From Acidobacteriota bacterium (lineage in GTDB: Bacteria; Acidobacteriota; Vicinamibacteria; Marinacidobacterales; Marinacidobacteraceae), in contig JAJEAO010000077.1 in the NCBI GenBank assembly GCA_022822745.1, positions 5,143 through 69,142 on the forward strand: a stretch of 64,000 nt of DNA, read 5' to 3'. Position 1 is the first letter of the stretch. Each line of letters starts with the position of its first letter. The notes under the pieces were generated by a model, which had not been told where the DNA came from, ran no database searches, and worked only from the letters and a program-made list of their open reading frames with translations. The position numbers and the translations under genes are program-made. Of the stretch, positions 21,838-31,601 are shown one piece after another.

Positions 21838-24800
21838 ATGGGCTGGTACTTTCGTGGCTCCCCGTTCGTGGGAGCGCACAAGACCTTGCCGCCCGGCCCT
21901 CCCGACCACGACGCTGCCCGAGCCAGGAGCCGCGATGAGCCGCCGCTCCCGCCCTGCCTCTCGTTCGACCTCGAGGTGGGTGAGAAGGACGGAGGAATCC
22001 ACGCCGTAGGCGCGATCCGCTCGGATACCAGGAAGTCCTTCGAGCACTACGGCGCCCGCGACATGCGGAGGGCCCTCCTGCGACTTGATGAGTTGGCGAA
22101 CGGGGCGGAGTTCGTTCTCGGCCACAACATCATCAAGCACGACCTGCCGCTCCTGAAGAAGGCCGCGCCGAACCTCCGGCTGCTCCGCTTGCCCGCCCTG
22201 GACACGCTGCGGCTCAGTCCCCTCGCGTTCCCCCGGAATCCGTACCACCGCCTGGTCAAGCACTACAAGGACGGAGGCTTCCGAACCACGACCCGGAACA
22301 ACCCGAAGCACGATGCCAGGCTCGCGCTCGATCTGTTCCGCGAGGAGCGGGAGGCGCTGTCCGCGCAGGATTCCCATCGGCTCACCGCCTGGCACTGGCT
22401 GGCCGCGACGGAACCAGGCCAGGGCGCCCGGGGAATGGACCGCTTGTTCCACGATCTCCGCGGGCAGCCTCGGCCGTCGCGGCGCGAAGCGCAGGAAGCG
22501 GTCCGATTCTGCCTCGATCGCGACGGCGCGTGTCAGACCGCCGGGGAGGAGATCGTCGAGCGAGTCGACGGCCAGGGATGGCCGCTCGCCTACGCGCTCG
22601 CGTGGCTCTCGGTCGCTGGGGGGAACTCCGTCATGCCGCCGTGGGTGCGACGCGCGTTCCCGGAGGCGCCGCGTCTGATACGGAGGCTGTGCGACGAGAG
22701 GTGCGCTGACGCCGACTGCTGGTGGTGTCGGGAACGTCTCGATCCCGGCGAGGAACTGACGCGGTGGTTCGGCTTCGAGACCTTTCGCCCCGAACCCGCA
22801 ATGGAGGATGGCCGCCCGATGCAGGGCGCGATCGTCGAAGCCGCCATGAAGCGCCGACACCTTCTCGGGATCCTCCCCACCGGGGCCGGCAAGTCGGTCT
22901 GCTACCAGGTTCCCGCGCTGTCGCGTTACCAGCGGACAGGCGCCCTGACGGTCGTCATCTCGCCGCTGGTTGCACTCATGGCGGATCAGGTGGCTGGCCT
23001 GGAAAAGCGCGGGATCACCGGCTGCGTGACGGTGAACAGCCTCCTGTCCCTGCCGGAGCGCAGGGAAGTGCTGAACCGGATCCGGCTCGGCGACGCTGGA
23101 ATCGTGCTCATCGCTCCCGAGCAACTTCGCTCGCCGACGGTTCGCAGGGCTCTCGCCCAGCGCGAGATCGGCGGCTGGGTGCTCGACGAAGCCCATTGCC
23201 TGTCCTGGTGGGGTCACGACTTCCGCCCGGACTACCTCTACATCGGCCGCTTCATCCGCGAGCGGGCAAAGGAGGACGGGAGTGCGATTCCCCCGGTGAT
23301 GTGTCTCACGGCGACCGCGAAGCCGGACGTGAGGGACGACATCGCCCGCCACTTTCGCAAGAAAGTCGGGATCGAACTGCTCGTTTTCGACGGCGGCGCC
23401 GAGCGCAGGAACCTCAAGTTCGATGTTCGTGAAACGACCCGGTCGCAGAAGAATCGGCATGTCCTCGAATCCCTCGAGACACACCTCGATCCCGACACCC
23501 GAGATGGAGCCATCGTTTACTGCTCCACCAGGCGGAGGAGCGAGAGCGTCGCTGAATTCCTGAGAGAAGGCGGCTTCAAAGCGGCTCACTACCACGCGGG
23601 TATGAAGCCCGAGACCCGGAAGGAAGTCCAGGAGGACTTCATCCGCGGCGATCTCCGCGCGATCGCAGCGACGAACGCGTTCGGGATGGGGATCGACAAG
23701 CCGGATGTGCGCCTCGTGCTCCACGCCGATGCTCCGGGATCGCTCGAGAACTACTTGCAGGAGGCCGGGCGGGCCGGCCGTGACGGCGACCCGGCGCGAT
23801 GTGTCCTGCTCTACTCGCCGGACGACATCGAGCGGCAGTTCGGGCTGTCGGCGCGCTCGCGGCTCGCTCACTACGAGATCGTCGCAATCCTGAAGGCGCT
23901 GCGCTGCTTGGATCGTCGGAATCGGAGGCACGCGTCCAATGGAGATGTCGTGGTCACGTCGGGCGAGATCCTGCACGCCGACGCCGAAAGTGGATTCGAG
24001 CGGGACAGCGCCACCGACGACACCCGCACTCGAATGGCCGTCGCCTGGCTGGAAGAGGCTCATTTCCTCCAGCGCAACGAGAACGCCATCCGGGTCTTCC
24101 CGTCATCGCTCCGGGTTCTATCGCTTGAGAGGGCGGAAGCGAAGCTGAAGGCTGCCAGGGGACTTTCCGAATCGGACCGCGAGCGGCTGCTGTGTGTCAC
24201 CGGGGCCATTCTCGGAGCCGGTGCTGACGAAGGCATCACGACCGACGAATTGATGGGAAAGTGCGATCTGTCACCCGAACAGGTGACGCACACCCTCTCG
24301 AGACTCCACGGATTCGGCATCACGACGGCGAAGACGGCGATCACGGCCTACGTTCATCGCGCTGTCCCTGATTCGTCGGCTCGGCGACTCGAGGAGGCCC
24401 GGAACCTCGAAACCGCCCTGATCGCACATCTTCGCGAGGCAGCCCCGGACCTGACCGTGGGCGAGAGCTCTCGGCTGGATCTTCGGATCGCCGCGCAGCG
24501 ACTCCACGACGATGGAGCAACAGGGGCGCATCCAGCGCGTCTCTGGCGGATCGTCCGAAGCATTCGCTACGACGGACGCGGCGAGAAGCCGGATGCCGTG
24601 GGCAGTTGGGCGGCGCGGAAACTGGGTCCCTGGGCTGCGCGGATCACGCTGCGAAGGGACTGGGGAGACCTGAAGGCTCTCGCCGCGAATCGGCAGAGCA
24701 TCGCCCGGAGTCTGTTGACGCATCTGCTGGAACGGTTGCCGGAGGGCGCGCGGGGCAAGGATCTCCTCGCCGAGACGACACTGGAGGCGCTGGGTGGAGT

Positions 24801-27108
24801 GGTTCACAGCGACCTGTTCGCGAGTTTCGCCATGAACGCTGAGGAACTCACGCATCGAGCCATCCTCTGGCTCCACGAGCAGGACGTGATTCGCCTGCAC
24901 AAGGGGCTCGCGATCTTCCGCCCGGCGATGAGGATCCGGATGCAGTCGCGGAGGCGCCGGCAGGGCTACACGAAACGTGATTTCGAGCCCCTTCGATTCC
25001 ACTATCAGCGCCAGATCCTCCAGGTCCACGTGATGAAGGAGTTCGCCGAACGGGGCTCGAAGGCCGTGTCAGAGGCGCTCGCGCTGGCCACGGACTACTT
25101 CTCGATGGAAGAGAAGAAGTTCCTCGACCGCTGGATGCCGGGGCGGGAACAGGAGGTGCGCATTCAGACGACGCCGGAGTCGAAGCGGCGCATCGTCGAA
25201 GAGCTGCGGAACCCCGAGCAGGAAGCGATCGTTGCCGATGACCGGGACGACACCAACGTGCTCGTTCTGGCCGGCCCGGGCTCGGGGAAGACCCGCGTCC
25301 TGGTCCACCGCATCGCCTACCTGGTTCGGGTCCGGCGGGAGGATCCCGGAGGCATCGTGGCGTTGAGCTACAACCGCCATGCCGCGGCTCAGATCCGTCG
25401 CCGGCTTCTCGATCTCGTCGGTGACGATGCCCGGCGGGTGACAGTGCTCACGTGCCACGCGCTTGCGATGCGTCTCCTCGGGAGGACGTTCGCGGACCGC
25501 AAGGAACGGCTCGACGACGGCGCGTTTGCCAACCTGTTGCGCGAGGCGACGGCTCTCCTCGAAGGCAAGGATCTACCCCCGGAGGATCAGACGGAGGCGG
25601 CGGCGCGCCGGGAGCGACTTCTCGCGGGATTTCGATGGATCTTCGTGGACGAGTACCAGGACATCGGACCCGGGGAGTACGACTTGATCTCGGCGCTCGC
25701 CGGGCACACGCGCCAGGACGGCGACGAAAGGCTCAACTTGTTCGCGGTTGGCGATGACGACCAGAACATCTACTCGTTCAAGGGCGCCTCGGTGCGCTTC
25801 ATCCGTCGCTTCAACGAGGACTACGGGCCGAACGTTGCCTGCCTGACGCAGAACTACCGGTCCACGCGGCAGATCATCGAGGCTTCCAACGTTCTGATCT
25901 CGGCGGCGAAGGCGCGGATGAAGGGGTCGAAGCACGAGATCCGGATCAACACGGCTCGGCGGAGCGAGCCCCCGGGAGGCCGCTGGACGACTCTCGATCC
26001 GATGGCTCGCGGGAGGGGGCAGATCCTCCCGGCCGGGCGCGATTCTGCAGAGCAGGCCGTCGCGGTCGTGGAGGAACTGCGGCGGCTCGCCTCGCTCGAT
26101 CCGGACTGGGACTGGTCGCGCTGCGCCGTGGTGTCGCGGAAGAGGGAGCTTCTCGATCCTGTCCGCGCCGTCTGTGAGCCCGCTGGCATCCCGGTCCAGA
26201 TGGGCGACGAGAAGATGCCGCCTTTCTGGCGGTTACGGGAAACGCGGGAGTTTGTCGGCTGGCTCCGATCCGGAGAGTCGCGGGTCGTCGAGCCCGACGA
26301 GCTCAGCCAGTGGCTGGACGAAAGACCCTCCAATCCTTGGTGGGATCTCTTGCGGCAGGCTGTCGAGCAACACCACGAAGAGGCCGGGGCTGCCTCGCAC
26401 CCGGTAGGGCCCTTCGTCGAATGGCTGGCGGAGTGGGGGCACGAGGTGCGACGCCGCCAGCGGGGCCTCCTCCTGACGACGGCGCACCGCGCCAAAGGGC
26501 TGGAGTTCGACCACGTGGCCGTGCTCGATGGAGACTGGGACGGGGCATGGGACAACGAGGATGCCGACGCCCCACGACGGCTCTACTACGTTGCCATGAC
26601 CCGCGCCCGGGAGACGCTCCTCCTGGCCCGAATGGAGTCCCCGACCGCGCTGCAGGAGGATCTGCTGAAGCTGCCCAGCGTCCTGCGCCGCGACGCGAGG
26701 CCGAGGAAACCTGCCCCCTCCGCAGCTCACCTCCGCACGGTCCGACTCGGGATGAAGGATGTGGACCTGGGTTTCGCCGGGTGCTTCCGTGCTGGTCACC
26801 CGATCCACCGCCGAATCCGCGCCCTGAACCCGGGCGACGTACTGACCATCCGCGTCAACTTCCCGGGCTGGGATCTGCTCAACGGCTCCAGTCACCTGGT
26901 AGGCCGCCTCGCCATGAGGTTCCGACCCCCGAACGGCATGCGCTGCCGATCCGTCACGGTTGCGGCGATCGTCGCCTGGAGCCGCGCCGACACGAAGCCC
27001 AAGTACCTCGAGCGCTGCGACTGCGACGAATGGGAAGTCGTCCTCCCGGAACTCGTCTTCGAACCCGATGGCACTCCCGTGCTTCGCGTCCCGCATGGAG
27101 CCTCCTGA
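21838..27108 (+). CDS. Giant fusion protein: DEDD-type 3'-5' exonuclease + RecQ-family helicase + UvrD/PcrA-family helicase
   Basis: N-terminus: SFDLEVGE, GHNIIKHDLPLL and LDTLRLS (DnaQ-like exo motifs). RecQ core: ILPTGAGKSVCYQVPAL, VISPLVALMADQV, VLDEAHCLSWWGHDFRPDY, CLTATA, ATNAFGMGIDKPDVRLVLH and QEAGRAGRDG. UvrD core: VLAGPGSGKTRVLVHRIAYL, IFVDEYQDIGPGEY, FAVGDDDQNIYSFKGA, LTQNYRSTRQII, LLTTAHRAKGLEFDHV and YYVAMTRARETLLL. The start is uncertain (ATG 21838, GTG 21868 or TTG 21886). Confidence 0.85.
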   Translation: MGWYFRGSPFVGAHKTLPPGPPDHDAARARSRDEPPLPPCLSFDLEVGEKDGGIHAVGAIRSDTRKSFEHYGARDMRRALLRLDELANGAEFVLGHNIIKHDLPLLKKAAPNLRLLRLPALDTLRLSPLAFPRNPYHRLVKHYKDGGFRTTTRNNPKHDARLALDLFREEREALSAQDSHRLTAWHWLAATEPGQGARGMDRLFHDLRGQPRPSRREAQEAVRFCLDRDGACQTAGEEIVERVDGQGWPLAYALAWLSVAGGNSVMPPWVRRAFPEAPRLIRRLCDERCADADCWWCRERLDPGEELTRWFGFETFRPEPAMEDGRPMQGAIVEAAMKRRHLLGILPTGAGKSVCYQVPALSRYQRTGALTVVISPLVALMADQVAGLEKRGITGCVTVNSLLSLPERREVLNRIRLGDAGIVLIAPEQLRSPTVRRALAQREIGGWVLDEAHCLSWWGHDFRPDYLYIGRFIRERAKEDGSAIPPVMCLTATAKPDVRDDIARHFRKKVGIELLVFDGGAERRNLKFDVRETTRSQKNRHVLESLETHLDPDTRDGAIVYCSTRRRSESVAEFLREGGFKAAHYHAGMKPETRKEVQEDFIRGDLRAIAATNAFGMGIDKPDVRLVLHADAPGSLENYLQEAGRAGRDGDPARCVLLYSPDDIERQFGLSARSRLAHYEIVAILKALRCLDRRNRRHASNGDVVVTSGEILHADAESGFERDSATDDTRTRMAVAWLEEAHFLQRNENAIRVFPSSLRVLSLERAEAKLKAARGLSESDRERLLCVTGAILGAGADEGITTDELMGKCDLSPEQVTHTLSRLHGFGITTAKTAITAYVHRAVPDSSARRLEEARNLETALIAHLREAAPDLTVGESSRLDLRIAAQRLHDDGATGAHPARLWRIVRSIRYDGRGEKPDAVGSWAARKLGPWAARITLRRDWGDLKALAANRQSIARSLLTHLLERLPEGARGKDLLAETTLEALGGVVHSDLFASFAMNAEELTHRAILWLHEQDVIRLHKGLAIFRPAMRIRMQSRRRRQGYTKRDFEPLRFHYQRQILQVHVMKEFAERGSKAVSEALALATDYFSMEEKKFLDRWMPGREQEVRIQTTPESKRRIVEELRNPEQEAIVADDRDDTNVLVLAGPGSGKTRVLVHRIAYLVRVRREDPGGIVALSYNRHAAAQIRRRLLDLVGDDARRVTVLTCHALAMRLLGRTFADRKERLDDGAFANLLREATALLEGKDLPPEDQTEAAARRERLLAGFRWIFVDEYQDIGPGEYDLISALAGHTRQDGDERLNLFAVGDDDQNIYSFKGASVRFIRRFNEDYGPNVACLTQNYRSTRQIIEASNVLISAAKARMKGSKHEIRINTARRSEPPGGRWTTLDPMARGRGQILPAGRDSAEQAVAVVEELRRLASLDPDWDWSRCAVVSRKRELLDPVRAVCEPAGIPVQMGDEKMPPFWRLRETREFVGWLRSGESRVVEPDELSQWLDERPSNPWWDLLRQAVEQHHEEAGAASHPVGPFVEWLAEWGHEVRRRQRGLLLTTAHRAKGLEFDHVAVLDGDWDGAWDNEDADAPRRLYYVAMTRARETLLLARMESPTALQEDLLKLPSVLRRDARPRKPAPSAAHLRTVRLGMKDVDLGFAGCFRAGHPIHRRIRALNPGDVLTIRVNFPGWDLLNGSSHLVGRLAMRFRPPNGMRCRSVTVAAIVAWSRADTKPKYLERCDCDEWEVVLPELVFEPDGTPVLRVPHGAS

Positions 27109-27229
27109 CGGCCAGCGTCTCTTGCAACACTGGCCCACATGGCATGTCCCTGCGTGGCGGAGATTGGATACCTAGACTCGATGGCCGCGTGCGGTCTGAT
27201 AGCCTCATCCGGTCGGCCCGACGGAGTGT

Positions 27230-27496
27230 GTGCCGACCATGCGTGGCGTGACCATGGCGCTGTCAATCAGACTGTTTTCCGGGCCTTCTGACCCCCTGCG
27301 TCCCCTGCCTCCGTTTGTCGAGCAGCAGTTTGTCGAGCAGCAGCGTCTCGTCGCCGAGGTCTATGAACTCATGGCTCTCTGTGACCGGCTGGAGGCTGGT
27401 CTTGATGCCACGGACGGCACCCGGAATCGCCTTCTGCATGACACGCTGACGCCATCCGCGTACGAAGCTGCTACTGTCGGGGCGGTTGGGGCATGA
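27230..27496 (+). pseudogene. hsdS: Remnant of a type I restriction-modification specificity subunit (C-terminal conserved helix only)
   Basis: PLPPFVEQQ..RLVAEVYELMALCDRLEAGL matches the conserved HsdS C-terminal coiled-coil region (PPLxEQxxIVxxvdxLmalcDxLEa). There is no target-recognition domain upstream. It contains a perfect 15-bp tandem duplication. Confidence 0.6.
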
Positions 27497-28641
27497 TCCG
27501 CGTCTCGGTGCGCCCCGAGATGCTGCGCTGGGCTTGTGAGCGCGCGGGCCACGATGTGGCCCACTTCTCTGAGCGGGTGCCGCAACTGTCGGCCTGGATC
27601 CGGCGAGAGCGAAGGCCGACGCTGAAACAACTGGAGAAGATGGCGAGAGTCACCCACACTCCGCTCGGCTACCTGTTCCTCCGGGAGCCTCCCGACGAAC
27701 GCCTCCCCGTGGCTGACTACCGCACGGTGTCGGGCACCGCTGCAGCCAAGCCGGGTCCCGACCTGCTGGACACGCTGTACGCGATGCTGCGCCGCCAGGC
27801 CTGGTTGCGGGAGTCGCGCGTGGAGCACGAGGCGGAGCCACGGGCGTTCGTGGCGAGCGCCCGTCTCGCCGACGAGCCCGATGCGGCGGGGCGCGAGATG
27901 CGGCGGTCACTCGGCCTGGACGACGGATGGGCGGCCCGAGTCCGAACTTGGCAGGACGCTGTGGGTGAGTTGCGCCGTTCGATCGAGAACCTGGGCGTGA
28001 TGGCGGTGATCAACGGCGTGGTGGGGAACAACACCCATCGTCGACTGAGAGTGGAGGAGTTCCGCGGCTTCGCGCTCCCGGATCCCTACGCGCCGCTGAT
28101 TTTCGTGAACGGCGCCGATGCGAAATCGGCGCAGATGTTCACGCTTGCCCACGAACTGGCGCACATCTGGCTCGGCAGGGATGGGGTCTCCGGCTTCGAT
28201 GCCCTGCTTCCACACGGTACCGAGGTCGAGCACTGGTGCAATCGCGCGGCGGCTGAACTGCTCGCGCCCGCCCGGGAAGTCACGGCCCGGTGGATGGAGG
28301 TGAGACGGTCGCCGAGTCCGTTCGATTCGCTGGCGCGGTCGTTCAAGGTGAGCCCGGTCGTGGCCGCCCGTCGCGCTCTCGACCTCTCGCTCATCGGCCG
28401 CGGCGCCTTCTTCGCCTTCTACGAGCGGTACATGGAGCGGGAGGGCGAGAGCGGGACCAAGCCGACCGGGGGCGATTTCTTCAACAACCAGAACACGCGT
28501 GTTGGCGAGTTGTTCGCGACCCATGTTCTGCGCGCTGCGTTGGAGGGCCGAATCGGCTTCAAGGATGCCTATGACCTGACCGGGCTCCGCGGAGGAACGT
28601 TCCAGAAGTACGCCAGACGCTTGGGTTGGGATCTTCCATGA
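27493..28641 (+). CDS. ImmA/IrrE-family metallopeptidase with an N-terminal HTH-like region
   Basis: The ATG overlaps the hsdS-stub stop (ATGA). FTLAHELAHIWLG (HExxH) and WCNRAAAELLAP are present. The N-terminus resembles an XRE-like domain. Confidence 0.8.
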   Translation: MIRVSVRPEMLRWACERAGHDVAHFSERVPQLSAWIRRERRPTLKQLEKMARVTHTPLGYLFLREPPDERLPVADYRTVSGTAAAKPGPDLLDTLYAMLRRQAWLRESRVEHEAEPRAFVASARLADEPDAAGREMRRSLGLDDGWAARVRTWQDAVGELRRSIENLGVMAVINGVVGNNTHRRLRVEEFRGFALPDPYAPLIFVNGADAKSAQMFTLAHELAHIWLGRDGVSGFDALLPHGTEVEHWCNRAAAELLAPAREVTARWMEVRRSPSPFDSLARSFKVSPVVAARRALDLSLIGRGAFFAFYERYMEREGESGTKPTGGDFFNNQNTRVGELFATHVLRAALEGRIGFKDAYDLTGLRGGTFQKYARRLGWDLP

Positions 28642-29162
28642 GCGCGGATCGGGTCTTTCTCGTGGATTCGGATGTATTCATCACGGCAAAGAACCTGTAC
28701 TACGCGTTCGACATCTGCCCCGGGTTCTGGAAGAGCCTGCTCCATCATCACCAAGCCGGCCGCGTCTACAGCATAGACCGTGTGCGCGGCGAGCTCCTCG
28801 CGGGCAGCAAGACCGAGGATCTGGTGCGCTGGGTGAGGAGCGAGGTTCCGCAGGAGTTTTTCCTCCCCGTGGACACTGCTTCCGTGGCGAGCTCCTACAC
28901 GGACATCATGATGTGGGTCCAGCGCCACCCTCGGTACTTCGACTACGCGAAGGCAAAGTTCGCGACGGGCGCGGACGGCTGGCTGGTCGCGTACGCACGG
29001 GTCCACGGCGCAGTCGTCGTGACCAACGAGCAGAGCGCCCCGGAGTCCAGGAGAGAGGTGAAGCTTCCCGATCTATGCGCTCGTTTCCGAGTCCGACACG
29101 AGAACACGTTCGCCATGCTTCGCGCGCTGAAAGTGCAGTTCGATCAGACCGGAGACCACTGA
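28638..29162 (+). CDS. DUF4411-family (PIN-like) protein, the usual partner of ImmA/IrrE
   Basis: The ATG at 28638 overlaps the upstream stop (ATGA). VFLVDSDVFITAKNLYYAFDICPGFWKSLL, VYSIDRVRGEL, DGWLVAYARVHGAVVVTNE. Confidence 0.75.
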   Translation: MSADRVFLVDSDVFITAKNLYYAFDICPGFWKSLLHHHQAGRVYSIDRVRGELLAGSKTEDLVRWVRSEVPQEFFLPVDTASVASSYTDIMMWVQRHPRYFDYAKAKFATGADGWLVAYARVHGAVVVTNEQSAPESRREVKLPDLCARFRVRHENTFAMLRALKVQFDQTGDH

Positions 29163-29680
29163 TCGTCCCCGCGGAACCCGTGGGCGGTCGCATCCCGATC
29201 CGTCTGTCTCCGCAGCGCTCGGAGCATGCACTGACCTGGTTCAGACCCGGCCGCGGCACCTTCGAGCCCGCTGATGTGCTCTAGCCCGCGACGGTGCCGG
29301 CATCCCGCCGGTGGCAGTCATGCGTCCGGCGACGCCCGGAGCGTGCGGTCAAGCCTCAGGTTGTCGCGATCGGTTCAGGTCCGCCGTACCCACTGAGAGG
29401 TCGAAGATGAGGCTGGACACGGCGCGCCAACTAGGATAGGACATGGGATGAGATGGGAGCCGTGATCACGATGGAGGCTGTTGCCGGAGCTTGGCCGGGG
29501 AGGCAAGCGTGATTCCGGGCCGCGCCAGTTCCGTTGGCGTGAGGTCGCTCGTCGCCAATGTGCTCCTCGGCAAGGCCAAGGAGGAGGGCGACGCCTGCTG
29601 TGGAGACGACGCCGCCGCCGAGCCATCAACTCCGATGCGGCGCGGGGACTGGTTTCTCGGGGTCTTCCGAGAGCGCAGCG

Positions 29681-31501
29681 TCAAGAGGTTGCGGTACCTT
29701 GCAATGCTCCGTCCCTTGCCTTCACACCGGAGTATGAGATACCAAGGCTAGACGCGGATCCCGCACCTTGATCTGACCCGCGATCCGATATCCCGCCTAG
29801 AGCCTTGCTGAGTAGGTCTAGTTCCGATTTCAACCGGGAACAGAGCTCGTCGAAATGACCCCGGAAACCGTCATCCCTCCGCTGAATCTGCTGGAGAAAC
29901 TCATGCGCTCGTCTCCCCTTTGTGTGTGACATCACTGTCCTCGCACGTTGAAGCTCTCGGAGCCCACTGAGTTCAGAGCCCTGGGCCTCCGGTATAGTTT
30001 CCTGTACAAGTCGCCTCAGCAGCATCAGGCTCCCTTCTGCGGGCTTCGGCTTCATGCCACATTCGGTCGCCGTGTGACGCAGCCACTTCAGATCGAACCC
30101 CTCAATCAAGACGCTGGCTAGGGCACGACACTTCTCGCTCCATTCCTCGCGACTCTGCGTGAACATGGGCCGGATATCGGCGAGAGCTGATTCGTCTCGG
30201 CATATCCACCATGGAGTGCTCATCTTCTTCCATTCATGGAGCTTCCGCGTCACTGCGGACACGGCTGCATCTTGAGACTTCAAGTCCGTCCACTTGCCGG
30301 CGAAATCCATGGCGATGATGTCAGGTGAGAGCTGGGCCTTAGGGGCTTCGTTATAGCCCCTCCAGTGCATCTGTTCGCTATAGGGGAGTTGCCGCAAGTA
30401 GCGAAGGTAGGCATGGACCTGACCCGCCTCGTTGCGACCGATGGCTTGGAGTTCCCAGATGTCTTTGCATGTGATGGTTCGGCCGTTGATGACATACTTT
30501 CCGGAATCACTCTCATACTTGCGCAGAACCTCTGGTCGGAAGAAGGCCGGTGACATTTCATATGGCAAGCGGGGCCTCTTTTCTGCGTAGTTCGTAGTAG
30601 CGCTAGGATCCAGAGAAACTCTGACAACTTGTTCATGGCGCCAGTCGTGGGTCAAGAAGGACAGCGGTGGCCCTGACTCTCGAGGAAGGAGGCCGGAGTC
30701 CAGCGACGCAATGATGGCGGCTCGTGATTGGGAGAGGGGGAGAATCTGAACACCGCGCACATAGCCAGCATAGCCCGGATCCTCGAACCGACGGAATGTC
30801 AGAGTATCGTCTTTCTGTATGGGAGGTGGATCATGTCGTGGCCACATGGCAAACGTGTTCGGATCATACAGGTTGAAGTCAAACAGGCGTACTAGGGTCA
30901 GGTTGGCTGCGGCGAGGTACTGCTCAAGAGGATAGCGATAGAACGACACCACGGAGGGAGTTGACGATTCTCGATTGAGCGTTGCAGAGACGATGTCGAC
31001 GAGGTCGCCGTTTTCGTCCCTGAGCAGGAACCGACCACCGGGAGCGACGCAGGGAATCTCGGAGACGTGAGCGTACTCCTGGTGAACCTCGATCTGCAGT
31101 TCTCCTGATCCCGTGTTGGATATGGTGGTCCTGCGGTAAAGGAGAGAGTGTGCGCGAGACAGAGCGGCGGGGCGCCAGGGGCCGTCAGCGACGTCAACAT
31201 GAGAGTCCTGTGGAGCGCCGGAATAGACGTAGCCGATTCGCGTGGATGGAAGGCCGCCGTCCCAATCGAGCAGATCCGTGTCCCGGACTGATTGGAGGTC
31301 GAGGGTCGGCACGGCCACGGTGTGAATGAAGATGTGGGGTGACGCCACGTCGATGAGGAGTTGATCCTCGCGGGCATTCTGTCGAAGGAGACGAAGGTGA
31401 TCGACACCCTTGATCCAATGGGCGTGCTTTCCGGCACTGCTCGGAGGGGTATGAACGGCTTGGACTCGTCGGATGAGGTTCTTGTGTTCAAAGCGCGGCA
31501 T
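29681..31501 (-). CDS. Hypothetical protein, 606 aa, no family recognised
   Basis: Long ORF with varied, non-repetitive amino-acid composition in a visibly AT-richer segment. ATG at 31501 (MPRFEHKNLI). The ORF-track start at 31531 is also possible. The C-terminal helical region carries R-x4-H (RTVMSH). Confidence 0.65.
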   Translation of the reverse strand: MPRFEHKNLIRRVQAVHTPPSSAGKHAHWIKGVDHLRLLRQNAREDQLLIDVASPHIFIHTVAVPTLDLQSVRDTDLLDWDGGLPSTRIGYVYSGAPQDSHVDVADGPWRPAALSRAHSLLYRRTTISNTGSGELQIEVHQEYAHVSEIPCVAPGGRFLLRDENGDLVDIVSATLNRESSTPSVVSFYRYPLEQYLAAANLTLVRLFDFNLYDPNTFAMWPRHDPPPIQKDDTLTFRRFEDPGYAGYVRGVQILPLSQSRAAIIASLDSGLLPRESGPPLSFLTHDWRHEQVVRVSLDPSATTNYAEKRPRLPYEMSPAFFRPEVLRKYESDSGKYVINGRTITCKDIWELQAIGRNEAGQVHAYLRYLRQLPYSEQMHWRGYNEAPKAQLSPDIIAMDFAGKWTDLKSQDAAVSAVTRKLHEWKKMSTPWWICRDESALADIRPMFTQSREEWSEKCRALASVLIEGFDLKWLRHTATECGMKPKPAEGSLMLLRRLVQETIPEAQGSELSGLRELQRARTVMSHTKGRRAHEFLQQIQRRDDGFRGHFDELCSRLKSELDLLSKALGGISDRGSDQGAGSASSLGISYSGVKARDGALQGTATS

Positions 31502-31601
31502 GGGGAGCCTCCTGAGTGGCCACGGTGGCATAGAGCATCATATGTACTGGGAACGAAACTATGATACCATGGACTGCGCTCAGGGCAAGCGAAGGGGGCC
31601 G

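Noticed and set aside
29163-29680. Short ORFs between DUF4411 and the 606-aa gene (29375..29629-, 29466..29684-, 29481..29771+ and 29491..29751+)
   Set aside because: None has recognisable motifs or a convincing start context. The interval could hold decayed hsdR-side sequence, but I cannot support that from the sequence alone.
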